Origin: Octopus vulgaris
Taxonomy: Eukaryota
Length of the DNA stretch: 64,000 bases
Assembly: GCA_951406725.2 (NCBI GenBank)
Contig: OX597816.1
Span: forward strand, 138,198,001-138,262,000
Reading direction: 5' to 3'
Positions 41,123 to 55,289 of this stretch are shown here, piece by piece (the stretch's first letter is position 1; each line of letters starts with the position of its first letter). A program made the translations under genes and the position numbers. The notes under the pieces were generated by a model, which saw only the letters and a list, made by a program, of their open reading frames with translations, was not told where the DNA came from and did not search any database.

Positions 41123-43516
41123 CCCTTATGTTAATCTCTCAGTTCATCTAATCTATCTATCTAACTATCTAACTATCTATCTATTTATCTACTTATTCGG
41201 CAACATGACAGAATATGTCTCATCACATTATATCGTTGTAGATTTAACCGTTTTGTCCTGCAATCTGAGTTAAATAATCCACATGGTGGCCGGCATAAGA
41301 TGACATAGGAGCTGATTTATTAAATATATCAATAAACCACGTCATTTTAATGAGAAACAGTAAAATAGAGGATATTTTGGCTGATATTCCTGATTTCATC
41401 AGTTCTCCATAACAACTTTCCTTTTCTATCATTTAATATACACAGCATAACTGACTTCATTCATATAGTGGACGTCAGTAGGAGTTGAACCATGAAACAT
41501 GAATCACTAAAATGTTTTTAATGTACATCTGAAAGGAGGCTTTTTCTGTTTCGATGTTATTTGCGATAATATCGTTGCCAAGGCAGAACGGCCATTAGCA
41601 AGCTGTAATGATCGTGTTTGTACGTAGGTTTTATTGATTTCAAATGAATAACCGGTGATATCGGTCATATATGAAAACTGAGATGAACCAAATTAAATAC
41701 AGAAAACACATCTAGATATTCTTTTATTGGTTTTAGTATATGTACCTTGGTCATGTTGGAGCACATTCATCAAACGATTACGTGACCATAAGCATATAGG
41801 TTAATTTGTTTTGCTACCTAGTTGTATTTTAATAGCAGATCTGTGATCAAAGACGTTCTAGCCGTGACTTTCTCCTCTTTTCGTATATCAGTTACTACAT
41901 TCTGTTTTGTATATTCAATTACTACATTATCTACTATGCCTTTCCTATTTTAGGATGGGTAATAGTAGTATGAGAAAAATGTGACTTGTTTTTTTTTTCC
42001 AACATACTGGGGGACAGTATAGAGGCTCTTTCAGTTCGTTGTTAGTGAATGATTTATATAAATGCTTTATATGAACTATCTGAAAATTTAGGGGAAAGAG
42101 TAAGGATTTTTAAAAAAACTTTTTAAATAATTTATTTCTTGGTACACAAGGAATGTCGATATAGTCAGCCGAGTGGACAGCGTAACTGAGACATTGTGAG
42201 ATATTGATGGTTCGTATCATGTCTCATTCGCAGTATCATGTCTCTGGTCAATATACTTAACATTTAATTTCAAAGACTATCTGTTTGTAGTAAATAAGTA
42301 ATCGATTGCTTAAAGTGAGTCTTTGATGTAAGTAGAGGAATAACGATAAAATCGCCAACTAATCTATTTTCATTTCAGTAATACGGTTTTACTTGCTTAC
42401 AGACCAAGTGGAAATATCACTTCTTCCCTGACATTCAGATGAGAAACGACCGATGCCTTATATTTAACACTACTCACTGCATTAAATTTGAACAACTCTC
42501 CGATAAATTCTTTTTTTTGTTCGTCGTAGGTCTAGCCGTCTCTATTTCACATCTTTCAAGTGTAAATTGATATTCAATATAGAAATGTATAAACATTTTC
42601 TGTCTCATTGGCTCCGTGGGTCGCCAGTTGTTTATTGTTTTATTTATGTACTTTCTGTAATGTTATGAATATCGTAGATTCTCTGAAGCACCATTGAATA
42701 TTTAGCATGTGTAATGCTGAGCAAGATGTTGGGTGAACTGAACTCAAAATTTACCATTTAAGGACTTTACTCTCAAAAACGAAACACAATTTTCAGAAGA
42801 AAAGATAAGGTTAAAATATAAAATTCGCCGATGTGCTAACGAATTTCCTCAACCGATAAGAGAATTTTGATATATTCCAGCATTTCTAGGGACGTTTATA
42901 GTAACCTAGGGCGCTATAAACAACACATCCAACCTAAGTTAATAGTTAATTTATGCACAGCTCACCAGATTTTCCATACACCACTGGCTGTTTGGCCTGT
43001 ATTATTCTAAATCGGTGTGACTGATTTCCCGTCTAGCATTCGGCTTGGCTAACTGTCGCTAATGATCCGAGCACCGGTGAAATCATGAATCCGCTGGTTT
43101 GCTAGACGAATTTCGTCAGTCGAAAACAGAATTTCGGTGCTTTTTAGCATTTGTGTCATCTGCACAGAATAATTATTCGGGACGTTTACAGCTGTCTAAG
43201 GCGTTATAAGCAACACATATAAGCTAGGTCGGATGTTCTAATTTATATTCGTTGCAAAAGCATCTTGTATCGATAATAGCTAATTTATTAAATTTAGATA
43301 TCTTGATAGAATAAGTTAGTGGATGGAATAAAGCATTTAAATCTGAAACTGAAAGAAAACAGCTTACGGACACGGGACGCAACCCTTTATATTTTACTGT
43401 TTAAAAAACTCATACACATACTCTGAACATCTAAACATCATAACATTTTTCACTACCAGCCAATGAAGTAGCCTCTATATGATCGATTGCCCCTCTAAGA
43501 ACATCAGTGAAATATA

Positions 43517-44782
43517 CAGGGGTTGGACTAAATAAAGGAAACACCTTAAAATTTCAAACAAATTTATTTTAATATGGGGTAGGACCGCTTTTGGCAGTAA
43601 TTACAGTTTGAATTCTACAAGGTATGGACTCGTACAAAGTTTGAATTGTTTCCAAAGGAATTTTTGTCCATTCTTCAACTAAAACAGTCTCCATTTCTTA
43701 GTGATGATGGTGGAGGATATCGACTCTTTTACTTGTTTTTCTAAAATGCACCATAAATGTTCAACAATACTGAGATCTGGAGACTGTGGTGGCCAGATAA
43801 GATGTTCAACTTCACTAGAATGTTTCTCGTGCCATTCAGTAACAAAATTAGTTGTGTGAATTTGTGCATTATCATCCTGAAAGATTGCGTCTCCCTCCGG
43901 AAATAGTTCTGCAACCATAAAATGAATTTGATCAGAAAAAATGCTTAAATAGTCTTGACTAATTCTCCCATGAAAGGAAACTATTGGGTCGGCAGATTTC
44001 CAAGATATAGCCCCCACCAGATCATCACAGATCCTCCTTCATGTTTAACAGTTGGAAGAAGGCAGTCTGGGTCAAATGCTTCTTTTCGCTGTCTCCACGC
44101 ATATACTCGGCCGGTGTCGGAAATAAAGGATGACTCGTCCGAGTAAATAACATTCTTCCACTGCTCTAGGGACCAATTCTGCAGGTTTTTACTCCACTTT
44201 AAACGCTTTGCAATGTTTGTTTTTGAGAGTAGTGGTTTTCTGATTGCAGCCCTTCCGTGAAATTCGGCTTTGTGCAGCTCCCGGAAAACAGTTTTTGTGG
44301 AAACTGAGTTCTCGAAGTGGTCATAAAGCTCTGCAGTAAGTTTGGGAGCAATACTTTTGTGATCCTTTCTAACAATTCGCGTAAGATTCCGAGGGTCCTA
44401 ATCTGAAAGTTTTAGTTGTCTTCCGGAGTTTTGTTTCGACGAGGAGGATTTTCCCTTTTTTCAAAGGCTGTCATTACTTTCAAGACAGTACTTCTTGATA
44501 CACCAAACATTTCATCTGTTTTCGTTATGCTAGCGCCTGCCATACGAACACCAACAACTTGACATCTTTGAAAGTCCGATAGATCTGTCATTTTGATGAA
44601 TTTTAATTACCTTTTTTCTGATGATATCTGAAAAGAAACAGCAATTTTAGCAAAACATATTAAGCAACACTAATAATAAATAAAAAAAACATAAAAATAA
44701 AAAAGCTTTTGACGGTTTTATAGATATTTCAAAATTATGATGTTATGATGCTAGGTGTTTCCATTATTTTGTCCAACCCCTG
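43517..44782 (-). mobile_element. Full-length Tc1 (DD34E) transposon with inactivated transposase
   Basis: 30-bp TIRs caggggttggac(t/a)aaataa(a/t)ggaaacacct, TA on both sides, ATG at 44591 (MTDLSDFQRCQVVG), and motifs VIYSDES, FQDDNAQIH and WPPQSPDLSIVEHLW. Contains frameshifts. Confidence 0.93.
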
Positions 44783-45585
44783 TATGTCTCATGAAATTCA
44801 ACTGCTTAAAATGAAAGAGCAAATTGAAAAAGGTGATATCCTAGATACAGTGTGTCTGAAATATATGTCTATATAAACATATATCATGATGGTCACATAT
44901 GGAAAGATTTTTCTTCATAAATCTACTCGATCAGATTTGACTTGTAGCTAGCGACAGTTGTCTTACATCAACTTTGAACATTTAAATGATGCAGAATTAC
45001 AAGATCAGGGATATTAGCCGACCATACAAACCCGGTTCGTCGATGTGATATGATCTAAATAAATAAATAAATAAATAAATTGACGTATGAGAAGCCAACA
45101 ACCTCCTTCGTTTACTGTAACTCTCCTGCACCCGAACATAGAAAAAGAAAAGTGTGTGTTTTTGTAAACTGCCAAGAATATTCCCCTGTAACTGTTGCTT
45201 GTCAAATCGAAGTCTAGATAGCTAACTGACAAATACAGTGGTTTACTTGATAAATGTATATTTTATCCATGAAAGTCGGGTTAATTGTTAACATCATATT
45301 GAGAAGATTCAGTTGATTTTCTCACAAACTTACCCATCTAAACAGCTGTCTACATTAATATTCTTTAATACGGAGATATCAGTTTTCAGCACCGACCATA
45401 CTTAACACAATTATATACACATCAAATGTTTCTAACACAATTCTCCATAGATCAAATACCCATAAAAATAACTATATATACACCAACTGTATGTAACGAA
45501 ATTACATACAGACCAATTGCGTTATGCATAATTGTTCTATTTGCATACGTCTTGCTGTCTCTTTCTCCATACATACACACATAAA

Positions 45586-45648
<63 letters not shown>

Positions 45649-46039
45649 TTATTTATACACAAAGACACACACACGTGTGTGTGTGTATCTGTGTGTATAA
45701 ATATGCTGTGCGTGTATGTGTGTATGTATAAAATTCACCATATTACATACAGACCAATTGTGTTTCACTGAATTGCTTTATACACCTCCGTCTTCCAGCC
45801 TCTTTCTACATACTTACAAAATACACACATGCGCACAGAGACACATACGCACTTATATACATGTACTTTCACATACACACGTGCGCGCGCATAAATATAC
45901 ATACAAATATATATATATATATGTACTTATGTGTGTGACGGTATGGGCGTTTGTGTTTTCTTGTGTGTGCACCAAATACATATAAAAGATTAATTAACGA
46001 ACAATCAAAATATAGCAATGCAGACTGAATGATTTATTC

Positions 46040-46253
46040 TTTTATACTCTCGGCACAACACCCGAAATTTTTGAGGAAGGGGTCCAGTCGATTTGATCGA
46101 CCCCACTATGCAACTGGTACTTAATTTTTCGACTCCTGGAAGGATGAATGGCAAAGTCGACCTCGGCGGAATTTGAACTCAGAACGTAACGGCAGACGAA
46201 ATACGGATACGCATTTCGCCTGGCGTGCTAATGTTTCTGCCAGCTCGCCGCCT
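46040..46253 (-). mobile_element. SINE family A, full length
   Basis: Reverse complement of the 18413 copy. Imperfect TSD actga(at/ga)gatttatt on both sides. Confidence 0.85.
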
Positions 46254-46507
46254 CAAACTGAGAGATTTATTGTTTATAGATTTTGCATTGTGGTTTAAAA
46301 GTATTTTTCAGACCTAATGAGTTCTTCGGGATTTCCCACTTGAACTTTCTCGGCCACTCTTGCCTGAACCGTCATTAACATTGCAAGATTTCTGTGTCGT
46401 TTCCAAGATATGTTAGTTCTCTCTGAACGTATGTCACTTATATATTCCAGCCACTAGTTTTCTCTGAGACTGGCCACATTCCACTTTGTATATATTTACA
46501 AGCATGC

Positions 46508-46653
<146 letters not shown>

Positions 46654-46654
46654 G

Positions 46655-47032
46655 TTATTAATAAAGCTGCAAAGATATCACAAGATCTGTTACTCAGAGT
46701 TTCATGTCCCGGTTCGTCAGATATCTGAACCAAGACTGTTCGATGTACGGAAGCTCTGAGTAACAGTTTTTGTGATGTCTTTGAAGGTTTGTTAATAAAG
46801 CATATTACTCTACCTCCGGTATTCGGAGTTTAAATTCCGCCGAAGTCGACTTTGCCTTTCATCCTTTCGGGGTCGATTAAATAACTACCAGTTATGCACT
46901 GGGGTCGATATAATCGACTTAATCCGTTTGTCCTTGTTTGTCCTCCCTGTGTTTAGCCCCTTGTGGGTAGTAAAGAAATACGTATCCGAGTACTATTTTT
47001 TCCACCTTGTTTCACATTTATATGTTTACTCT

Positions 47033-47035
<3 letters not shown>
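46655..47035. mobile_element. Second inverted hammerhead-pair element (related to 38602), interrupted by a truncated SINE A at about 46826-46984
   Basis: Inverted arms at 46655-46800 with GAA(A/G)CUCUGAGUAACAG. The tail gagtact..ttttccaccttgtttcacatttat is shared with 38796-38842. Confidence 0.7.
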
Positions 47036-47103
<68 letters not shown>

Positions 47104-47377
47104 CCTCTTATTGGGTTGTGGCTATGCTGGAGCATCATTTTCAAAGGACATAGTCGACCTCACTACTTATTTTTGTAAGCCTGGTACTTATTTGACCCGC
47201 CTGTTTTGCCGAACCACTGATCTTATGCAGACCTAAACAAACTAATGTAGGTTCTCAATGGGTGACGTTAAAACAAACACAAAAATACACCTCACATGCG
47301 GGTGCATACGCGTATACACGCGCGCACACACAAGCATATATGCATTTTTGCAATGGGCTTATATATATATATATTTT

Positions 47378-47600
47378 CATGGTTGGTCAAAAGTCACTTG
47401 ACATAAATCAAAACTATTCAATTGCAATATTTATTTATGCTTAACAACTGAATGAATTTAATAAAAGCATCTAAATATGAAACACTATGAAAATTCTTCA
47501 AACTGTCCTTCTTGAGCAACACATATTTTCATTCGAGTCAATACAGAATTACAGATTTATGGAATTTTGATTTACTGTCGGGTGACTTTTGGCCAACGTG
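47378..47600. mobile_element. Small Tc1/mariner-type MITE
   Basis: catggttggtcaaaagtcacttgacataaatcaaaa versus ttttgatttactgtcgggtgacttttggccaacgtg-TA, an imperfect TIR pair of about 35 bp. Confidence 0.65.
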
Positions 47601-47636
<36 letters not shown>

Positions 47637-47751
47637 ATATATATATGTATATATGTATGTATGTATGCATATATATATATATGTATATGTATGTATATAC
47701 ATATATATAAACATATATATATATGTATATGTATGTATATACATATATATA

Positions 47752-47838
<87 letters not shown>

Positions 47839-47969
47839 ATAAATGGTGGGGTTGTGTTGACCGCACGTGGAGAAATGATAAGCAAGGAAAAATTGTAAAA
47901 ATGCAGAATGCTAAATTGAAAGAAAATTTTAATGAAATGAGAAATTGATAAAATATATAAATATATATT

Positions 47970-48011
47970 TATTCAAACCGGTTTTCGTCATAGTTTGACT
48001 TATCAAGAATA
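47970..48011 (-). ncRNA. Complete minimal type I hammerhead motif, U3-A8 core variant
   Basis: UAUUC-UUGAUAA-GUCA-aacua-UGAC-GAAA-ACCGGU-UU-GAAUA. Stems I and II are perfect and stem III is the palindrome AACCGGUU. Confidence 0.65.
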
Positions 48012-48654
48012 GTTAGGTGAAAAAGTTGGGCTTCTCTCAGTTTCTTTCAGTTTCTGTGTACAAATTTCACTCACAAGGCATTGGTCGGCACAGGTCATAG
48101 TAGAAGATATTTGCCCATCATGTTAGTTCTTCTACTTCACCTCCTACGCTTCCTCCTCTTCCTCTTTTTTCTTCTTTTTCTTCCTCACTTTCTCCACTTC
48201 CTCTTCCTCCTTCTTTTTCTTATATGGAATTCCAATTATATATGTGTCCTGTCCTCTTACCATGTTTATTCTTATTTCATACTTAATGTTTTCTCTCGAT
48301 ATAAACAATATATAACGTTTAAGAGACGCACAATATAATATACGTCTGATGAAGTGGCACTCAAATGTACGAAACTGAATATATTACGCAACTTTGCACA
48401 TGAAATTTTTACTTGCAATGGCGTTAAAGACAGAATAGCACGGAAACAATTGTATCTAGTCATTAAAGACATACTAAACTCTATATATTTTACTCTTCAC
48501 TTGAATAACACTTTGGATTTGCTTGTGTGATTCATGGATTATCTACACTGACGGAATTTCGATCTTCCTTGATACTTTAATTCAAAGGCTTGGAGCTCCG
48601 GGTAAGAAGCGCATTTGAACAATTCCGATTTTCTACACTTTCAGTATCATAGCA

Positions 48655-48696
<42 letters not shown>

Positions 48697-48954
48697 TGTG
48701 TGTGTATTAAGGCTACCATTGGTTTCATGCCTTTATAGAAAAATAAAGAAATTTTATCCACCAATGCGGTGTTGAGCACACATTCTCATTGTTCGACATT
48801 TACGTGTATAAGTGTGTGTGTGTCTGCGCGCGTGTGCTTATGTATGTATGTATATATATATATATAGTTCAGATTTTTATAAAACAAAAGACGAAGACAG
48901 ATGAAGGAACAACAAGCAGGTGTATTGTGTTAACGCTCAGGAAGAATGGTAAAG

Positions 48955-48992
48955 CCTTTGAGGTTTCGACCCTCCGCTCTTCGACAGAAAGG
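48955..48992 (-). ncRNA. Decayed hammerhead motif (same family as 33423)
   Basis: CCUUU-CUGUCGA-agagcggaggguc-GAAAC-CUC-AAAGG. Stem I is perfect, while the core and triplet are mutated. Shares the cgctcaggaa flank with the 33.4-kb copy. Confidence 0.45.
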
Positions 48993-49312
48993 ATTAATAG
49001 GAAAAACAAAACGCAAGGAGAAAAAATATTTAGGTATTATACATATATTTACGTAAAAAAAAAAATACATATATATGTACACACACGCACTCACACTGTC
49101 ATACACTCACTGACATACACACGTACACACACACACACATATTGAGAGTGTTGCCTGTCGGATATTCACGGGCCGGTTCCTTTTTTCAGCTTACGAGGTA
49201 GCCAGTCTGATGTTCAAATTAGACAGCTTTCTTTAAGCTCTGATAAGGTTTCTATTACTGCAATAGTAATGCAAGGATAAAGAAGTGTATAGAGGCGGGC
49301 TAATAATTAAGA

Positions 49313-49423
49313 AGATACGATAAAAACGCAAAATGGAAGAATAAGGCTTGTACAATATATTGTTCAAGCAAAAGAAGTAAAACAATAAAGTAGCTGCAGT
49401 AGTAAAAGTAGCAGCAGTAGTAA

Positions 49424-49492
<69 letters not shown>

Positions 49493-49601
49493 ATACGATA
49501 AAAACGCAAAATGGAAGAATAAGGCTTGTACAATATATTGTTCAAGCAAAAGAAGTAAAACAATAAAGTAGCTGCAGTAGTAAAAGTAGCAGCAGTAGTA
49601 A

Positions 49602-49636
<35 letters not shown>
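49313..49636. repeat. Tandem duplication (period 178 bp) ending in (GTA)n
   Basis: agatacgataaaaacgcaaaatggaag... appears identically at 49313 and 49491. Confidence 0.95.
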
Positions 49637-49637
<1 letters not shown>

Positions 49638-49787
49638 AAATAGTTGTAGTAGCAGCAGCAGCAGCGGCGGCAGTAGTTGTAGTAGTAGTAAGCAGCAGCG
49701 GCAGTAGTTGTAGTAGTAGTAGTATTAGCAGCAGCAGCGGCAGTAGTTGTAGTAGTAGTAGTATTAGCAGCAGCAGCGGCAGTAGTT

Positions 49788-49856
<69 letters not shown>

Positions 49857-49948
49857 ATTTTTGTTGTTCTGAAATGTAATTGAAGTTGTGCAATGAGGAT
49901 AAGGAGAAAACGAAAGCAGAGGAAAGAAAAAAGTAAATAAAATTAAAC

Positions 49949-50155
49949 AAGAAGAAGAAGAAGAAGAAGAAGAAGAAGAAGAAGAAGAAGAAGAAGAAGA
50001 AGAAGAAGAAGAAGAAGAAGAAGATGATGATGATGATGATGAAGAAGAAGAAGAAGAAGAAGAAGAAGAAGAAGAAAAAGAAAAAGAAAAAGAAGAAGAA
50101 GAAGAAGAAGAAGAAGAAGAAGAAGAAGAAGAAGAAGAAGAAGAAGAAGAAGAAA
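49949..50155. repeat. (GAA)n microsatellite
   Basis: Directly visible. Confidence 0.97.
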
Positions 50156-50970
50156 TGAGGCAGAGAAGAAAATAAAGAAGGAGGGGAGGAGGAGAACGAG
50201 TAAAAAGTAACAGCAACGACTACAGTTCTCAAAACAAGAACAATATGACGAAGAATTGGTGTGTAGAAATAGCTGTAGAGCAAGTTGGATGATATGAGAA
50301 ATGGTGAAAGAGATGAAAGGATTCAGTCGAGTTAAACGAAAATGGGGATGCGGGTAGGTTGGAGGTGTTGTAACTAACAAACTAGGGGAGATAACAACAT
50401 AGCATAGTCGCCATTGCTTAGTTAAGGTAAGTCAATGAAAGTTGACATTTACAGCGTTCTTCGATGGAGATCTCCTATCTCGCGTCAGCATCATTTAGCC
50501 TCCATTTTAATTCTCGCATCTCTTACACACACACATGTATATTTATAAAGATATAATACGCATATAGCTGGAACTCTTTCTCTCTATTTTTACATATTCA
50601 TACGCATACATGTTGTATAAACACTTCCTACTGCCTACCCACACTTTTGTATCTGATTTTTCAGTCTAATTTATAATGCTGTTTAGATTATTCTTGGTCT
50701 TTTGTCTAATGTCAGCTTTCGTACTGTACTCTACCCATTCTCTCGCTTTCCGTGTGTGTGTGTATGCGTGTCTATGCACGCGCGCGTGCGTGAGCATGTA
50801 TGTGCGCTTCTTTGCGCATGTGTGTACGTATGCATGTATTTATGAAATGTAAATATTAGAAACCCTCACATAGATATATTTATACTTACATACATTTAAG
50901 TACGCACACACATTTGCCCACGTACGTATACACACATATACACGCGTGTATATATATACATATATATATT

Positions 50971-51059
<89 letters not shown>

Positions 51060-51161
51060 TCATGCACCTATAGACATGTATGTGCATATGAGCAGTTGAA
51101 CCTCATTATTATATGTTAATACAAAAAAGGAAAGAATCACAGAAAGATATCCATGGAAAGG

Positions 51162-51231
<70 letters not shown>

Positions 51232-51884
51232 GAGAGACAGACAGACAGGCAGGCAGACAGACAGGCAGGCAGACAGACAGGCAGGCAGGCAGAAAGCGTT
51301 TCACTAAAAATAGGGAATTTTAATTTTTTCAATTCCATGAGCCGTTAAATTTTTTTCCCGTGATATTAAAATCTTTGAGCAAAAAAGTTATCGAAAATTA
51401 TTTCATTGATTAGGTTGTTGTTGTTGTTGATGATTATGATGACGATGAGACTGATGATGCCGATGATAAAGGGAAATGTCGAGCACAGACATATTTCTTG
51501 CAGTTCCTGACTAAATCAATTTATAAAACTCAATAATAACACCGATCCGGCCATGTGTAATTTCAAATAAATAATATAATTAAGTTTCAACATTATTATA
51601 AACCTCAGTTTGAGACACAAAAGAACAACAGCACTAAGGACCGGACTCGGACCAATATCTACCACTAATTATTTGTCAGACGAACCGCCTAAAAGGTCAA
51701 ACTAATTTTTGGTCATTTGTTAACACGGTTTCCTGGATGACCATAGCTTCTTAATCTTAGTAATATGGGCTTCTTATACCCACAACGATTTGCACTGAAA
51801 CTTTCAGTTAATTCGAAAGCTTTCGTAAAATTACAGAGGGTTAATTAATAAAGTAAAAATAAAACATTTTGAGGCGTTTATATA

Positions 51885-53182
51885 TTGGGTTGGCAACTAA
51901 GTTCCCGTCGTTCTTTTTAAATTTTGGAATTTATTGCGTTTTTAAATTTTGGAATCTATTTTTTTCAAGAATTCTATTTTTGAATCATTTTGTAATCTAT
52001 TTTGTGTTTTTCTTTTCTAGTTAATTTTAGTTAATTATTGTTTATTTTCACATCATTAAAGTGGAATGTCAAGTGAAGAAAAACGAGCATTCGACACCTC
52101 CTTCTTTTTGCTTTTAATCAAGGTTCTGAGGCCACAAAAGCTGTTCGCGACATTTGTGCTGTGTATGGAGAGGGTGCCATAGCTGAAAAAACCGCTCGTG
52201 ATTGGTATGCCAAGTTCAAAAATGGAAATTTTGACCTCAAAGACGCACCTCGTTCTGGCCGTCCAGTTCAGTTCATGAAGAGCGATTAAGCCAAATTTTG
52301 CACGAAAATTCTCCTCAAACGACAAGGGAACTGGCAGAAAAAATGGAACGCTCCCACACTGCTATAGAGAAGCATTTTCACTCGATGGGAAAGGTTCAGA
52401 AGTATGGAGCATGGGTTCCGCATGCTTTAAGTGACAACAACAAAAATCAACGAGCTACAATCTCCGCTGGTTTGCTTGCTCGTCATCGCTCAACTCGTGG
52501 ACACAAGCAACGATTTCTTTACCGAATCGTTTCTGGCGACGATAATTGATGCCTGTACATCAATATGAAGCAGCGTATGGAATGGCTTAGCCCCGGTAAA
52601 CAAGCGACACCGTGCGTGAAACAAGATCTTCATCCGCGTAAAACGATGTTGTGCGTATGGTGGGACTGGGAAGGGATTATTCATTACGAATTGTTTGAAC
52701 TGAACCAAACGGTCAACGCCGAACTCTATGTCCAACTGATGGAACGACTCAACACGCCTATTCAAGAGAAAAGACCTAATCGTCAGCATGGAGTTATTCT
52801 GCTGCACGACAACGCCCGCCCTCATATCGCCAATATGTCTAAGGAAGCCATTCAAATGCATGGCTTGGAAGTGCTGCCACACCCGCCGTACTTTCCTAAT
52901 TTGGCACCAACGGATTTCCACCTTTTTCGATCGCTTTCAAATGCTATGCGCGGTGTTTCGTTCAATACTGATGCAGAATTGAGAGCTTGTTTGGATTAAT
53001 TTTTTGCAGTTGAAATCGGGTGATTTCTGCCAACGAGGTATTGAAAATCTTGTTGAAATTTGGGAAGAAGTTGTAAACAACAAGGGTGAACACATTATTG
53101 ATTAATAAGTTGTTATTTTTTATTAAACCTTTTAAAAAATTTGAATTTAAAAAAAACGGCGGGAACTTAGTTGCCAACCCAA
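51885..53182 (+). mobile_element. Full-length mariner (DD34D) transposon, transposase pseudogene
   Basis: TIRs ttgggttggcaactaagttcccg(t/c)cgtt with TA flanks. Motifs APRSGRP, WVPHAL, RIVSGDDN*, LLHDNARPH and HPPYFPNLAPTDFHLF. Contains frameshifts and stops. Confidence 0.95.
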
Positions 53183-53472
53183 TACAAAAACGTACAATTG
53201 AAGCTTCTTAGAGATTCATGTATATCTTTTCCTGATGACCGTACATTAATTCTTCCATCTCTATAGATCTGCGTTTCGCAAAATGGAGAGCCTACTCCAC
53301 CGGCCGGAGGTGACAATATTTTGTTGGGCTTAGAATAAAATGTAAGAGATAAATTTTGCAACAAAGTTTGAATTAAAACCTTTTTTTAACATAAATGTAT
53401 TGTATAATTATGTTGGAGTGCACGCCTCATCGTCGGGGAGTGGTAATAATTTGATGGGCTGTAAGTTACTTC

Positions 53473-53751
53473 ACATGCATACAATCACACGCCACACACG
53501 AACGCGTACATGCAAGCGTACCCACACCTAAACACACCCATATAGATTTATGTGCATATTTGTGAGGCCATTTGTACTTTTAGGCGTATGTGTGTATACG
53601 TATATGTATATACAGAAGCAAACACATACATACATACACACACGCACGCAATAAAACAAGCGAGTAAAGCCTGCAATAAAAGTTTTAATTAAAGCTTTTT
53701 TGAATATACGTGTTTGTGTGTGTGATTGTGTGTGTATGTGTGTGTGATTGA

Positions 53752-53788
<37 letters not shown>

Positions 53789-54063
53789 CACACACACAAT
53801 AGTGCTGGATGTGCTGTAAGAACACCGTAATACAGAAGTATTCGTCCGGAGAAAGCGTTTCCTAAAAATGTTTAGCACGTTTACGTACAGAAATATCAAT
53901 ATCAAACTGGGGTTGTTCAACCGTCTATACGAGATGTTTTCTCAAGATGAATCCGGAAGGGTTACAGCGTTCTCACAACACATCCACATTAAGTAGGACA
54001 TACAGATGGCTATTCGGTACTAATACTGCTTTCGTTGCTAATATCTAATATGTAATATATGTA

Positions 54064-54161
<98 letters not shown>

Positions 54162-54638
54162 ATAAACTTACTCACACATATATATGTTTTTGTATGTATG
54201 TATCTATCGCTATTTTAGTTCCAGAACACACACAGATATTCCATTGGGCCTTTGCTGTAAATGGTTTCACGCTTTTGCGAAGAAGTTAACGAGTTAAACA
54301 ATTGCAGGTGATCCCTGTTAGGTTAGACGAGTGTGTTGCGGTTAAAGCTTGAACTGAAAGTCTGCCTCTAGGCTCCCTTTCTTATGCGTTTCTTATCAAA
54401 TTATCTTCAAATTTAATAGAAATTGACGGCTTTTGAAAAATACACATACATATGAAAACATGCATACAACCACACGCCACACACGAACGCGTACATGCAA
54501 GCGTACCCACACCTAAACACACCCATATAGATTTATGTGCATATTTGTGAGGCCATTTGTACTTTTAGGCGTATGTGTGTATAATACGTATATGTATATA
54601 CAGAAGCAAACACATACATACATACACACACGCACGCA
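53473..54638. repeat. Near-identical ~180-bp direct repeats about 985 bp apart
   Basis: 53473-53650 versus 54458-54638. Confidence 0.92.
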
Positions 54639-55153
54639 TGTACACTAACATACGCACACACGCACACACACATATGCATATTATATTCATCTTTCTTAGT
54701 GTGTGTATATGTGTATGTATGCAAATATTTATACGCCCATAGCTATAACTTCAATGTAGACATATATTGGCACAGTAGTTTGGATTTCGATAAAAATTTA
54801 TACACCCATACGCTTACATACGCGGACATACACATACATACAGCACACTCACACGCCACACGCACACAACACACTCACACATTCATATATAATATATACA
54901 CGCTCATATAAATATATACTCACACAATGTAGGTGTGTTTTAGTTTTAGTCGAAGCAATCGACCCCAGGACTTATTCTTTCTTAGCCTATTGGTCTATTT
55001 TGCCGAACCGCTATGTTACGGGGATGTAAGCAGACCAACATCGGTTGTGAAGCCATGGTGGGGGGATCGAACACAGTTACAAAGACACATGAATACACAC
55101 ACAGACGGGGACACATATACATACATACATACATACATACATACATACATACA

Positions 55154-55244
<91 letters not shown>

Positions 55245-55289
55245 TATATAATCTCTGCGCGAGGTATAAACAGTAGCTGCATGAACATC

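Noticed and set aside
49300-50283. 327-aa ORF, the longest in the track
   Set aside because: Poly-F/L/Y/T from GAA and GTA repeats plus a tandem duplication.
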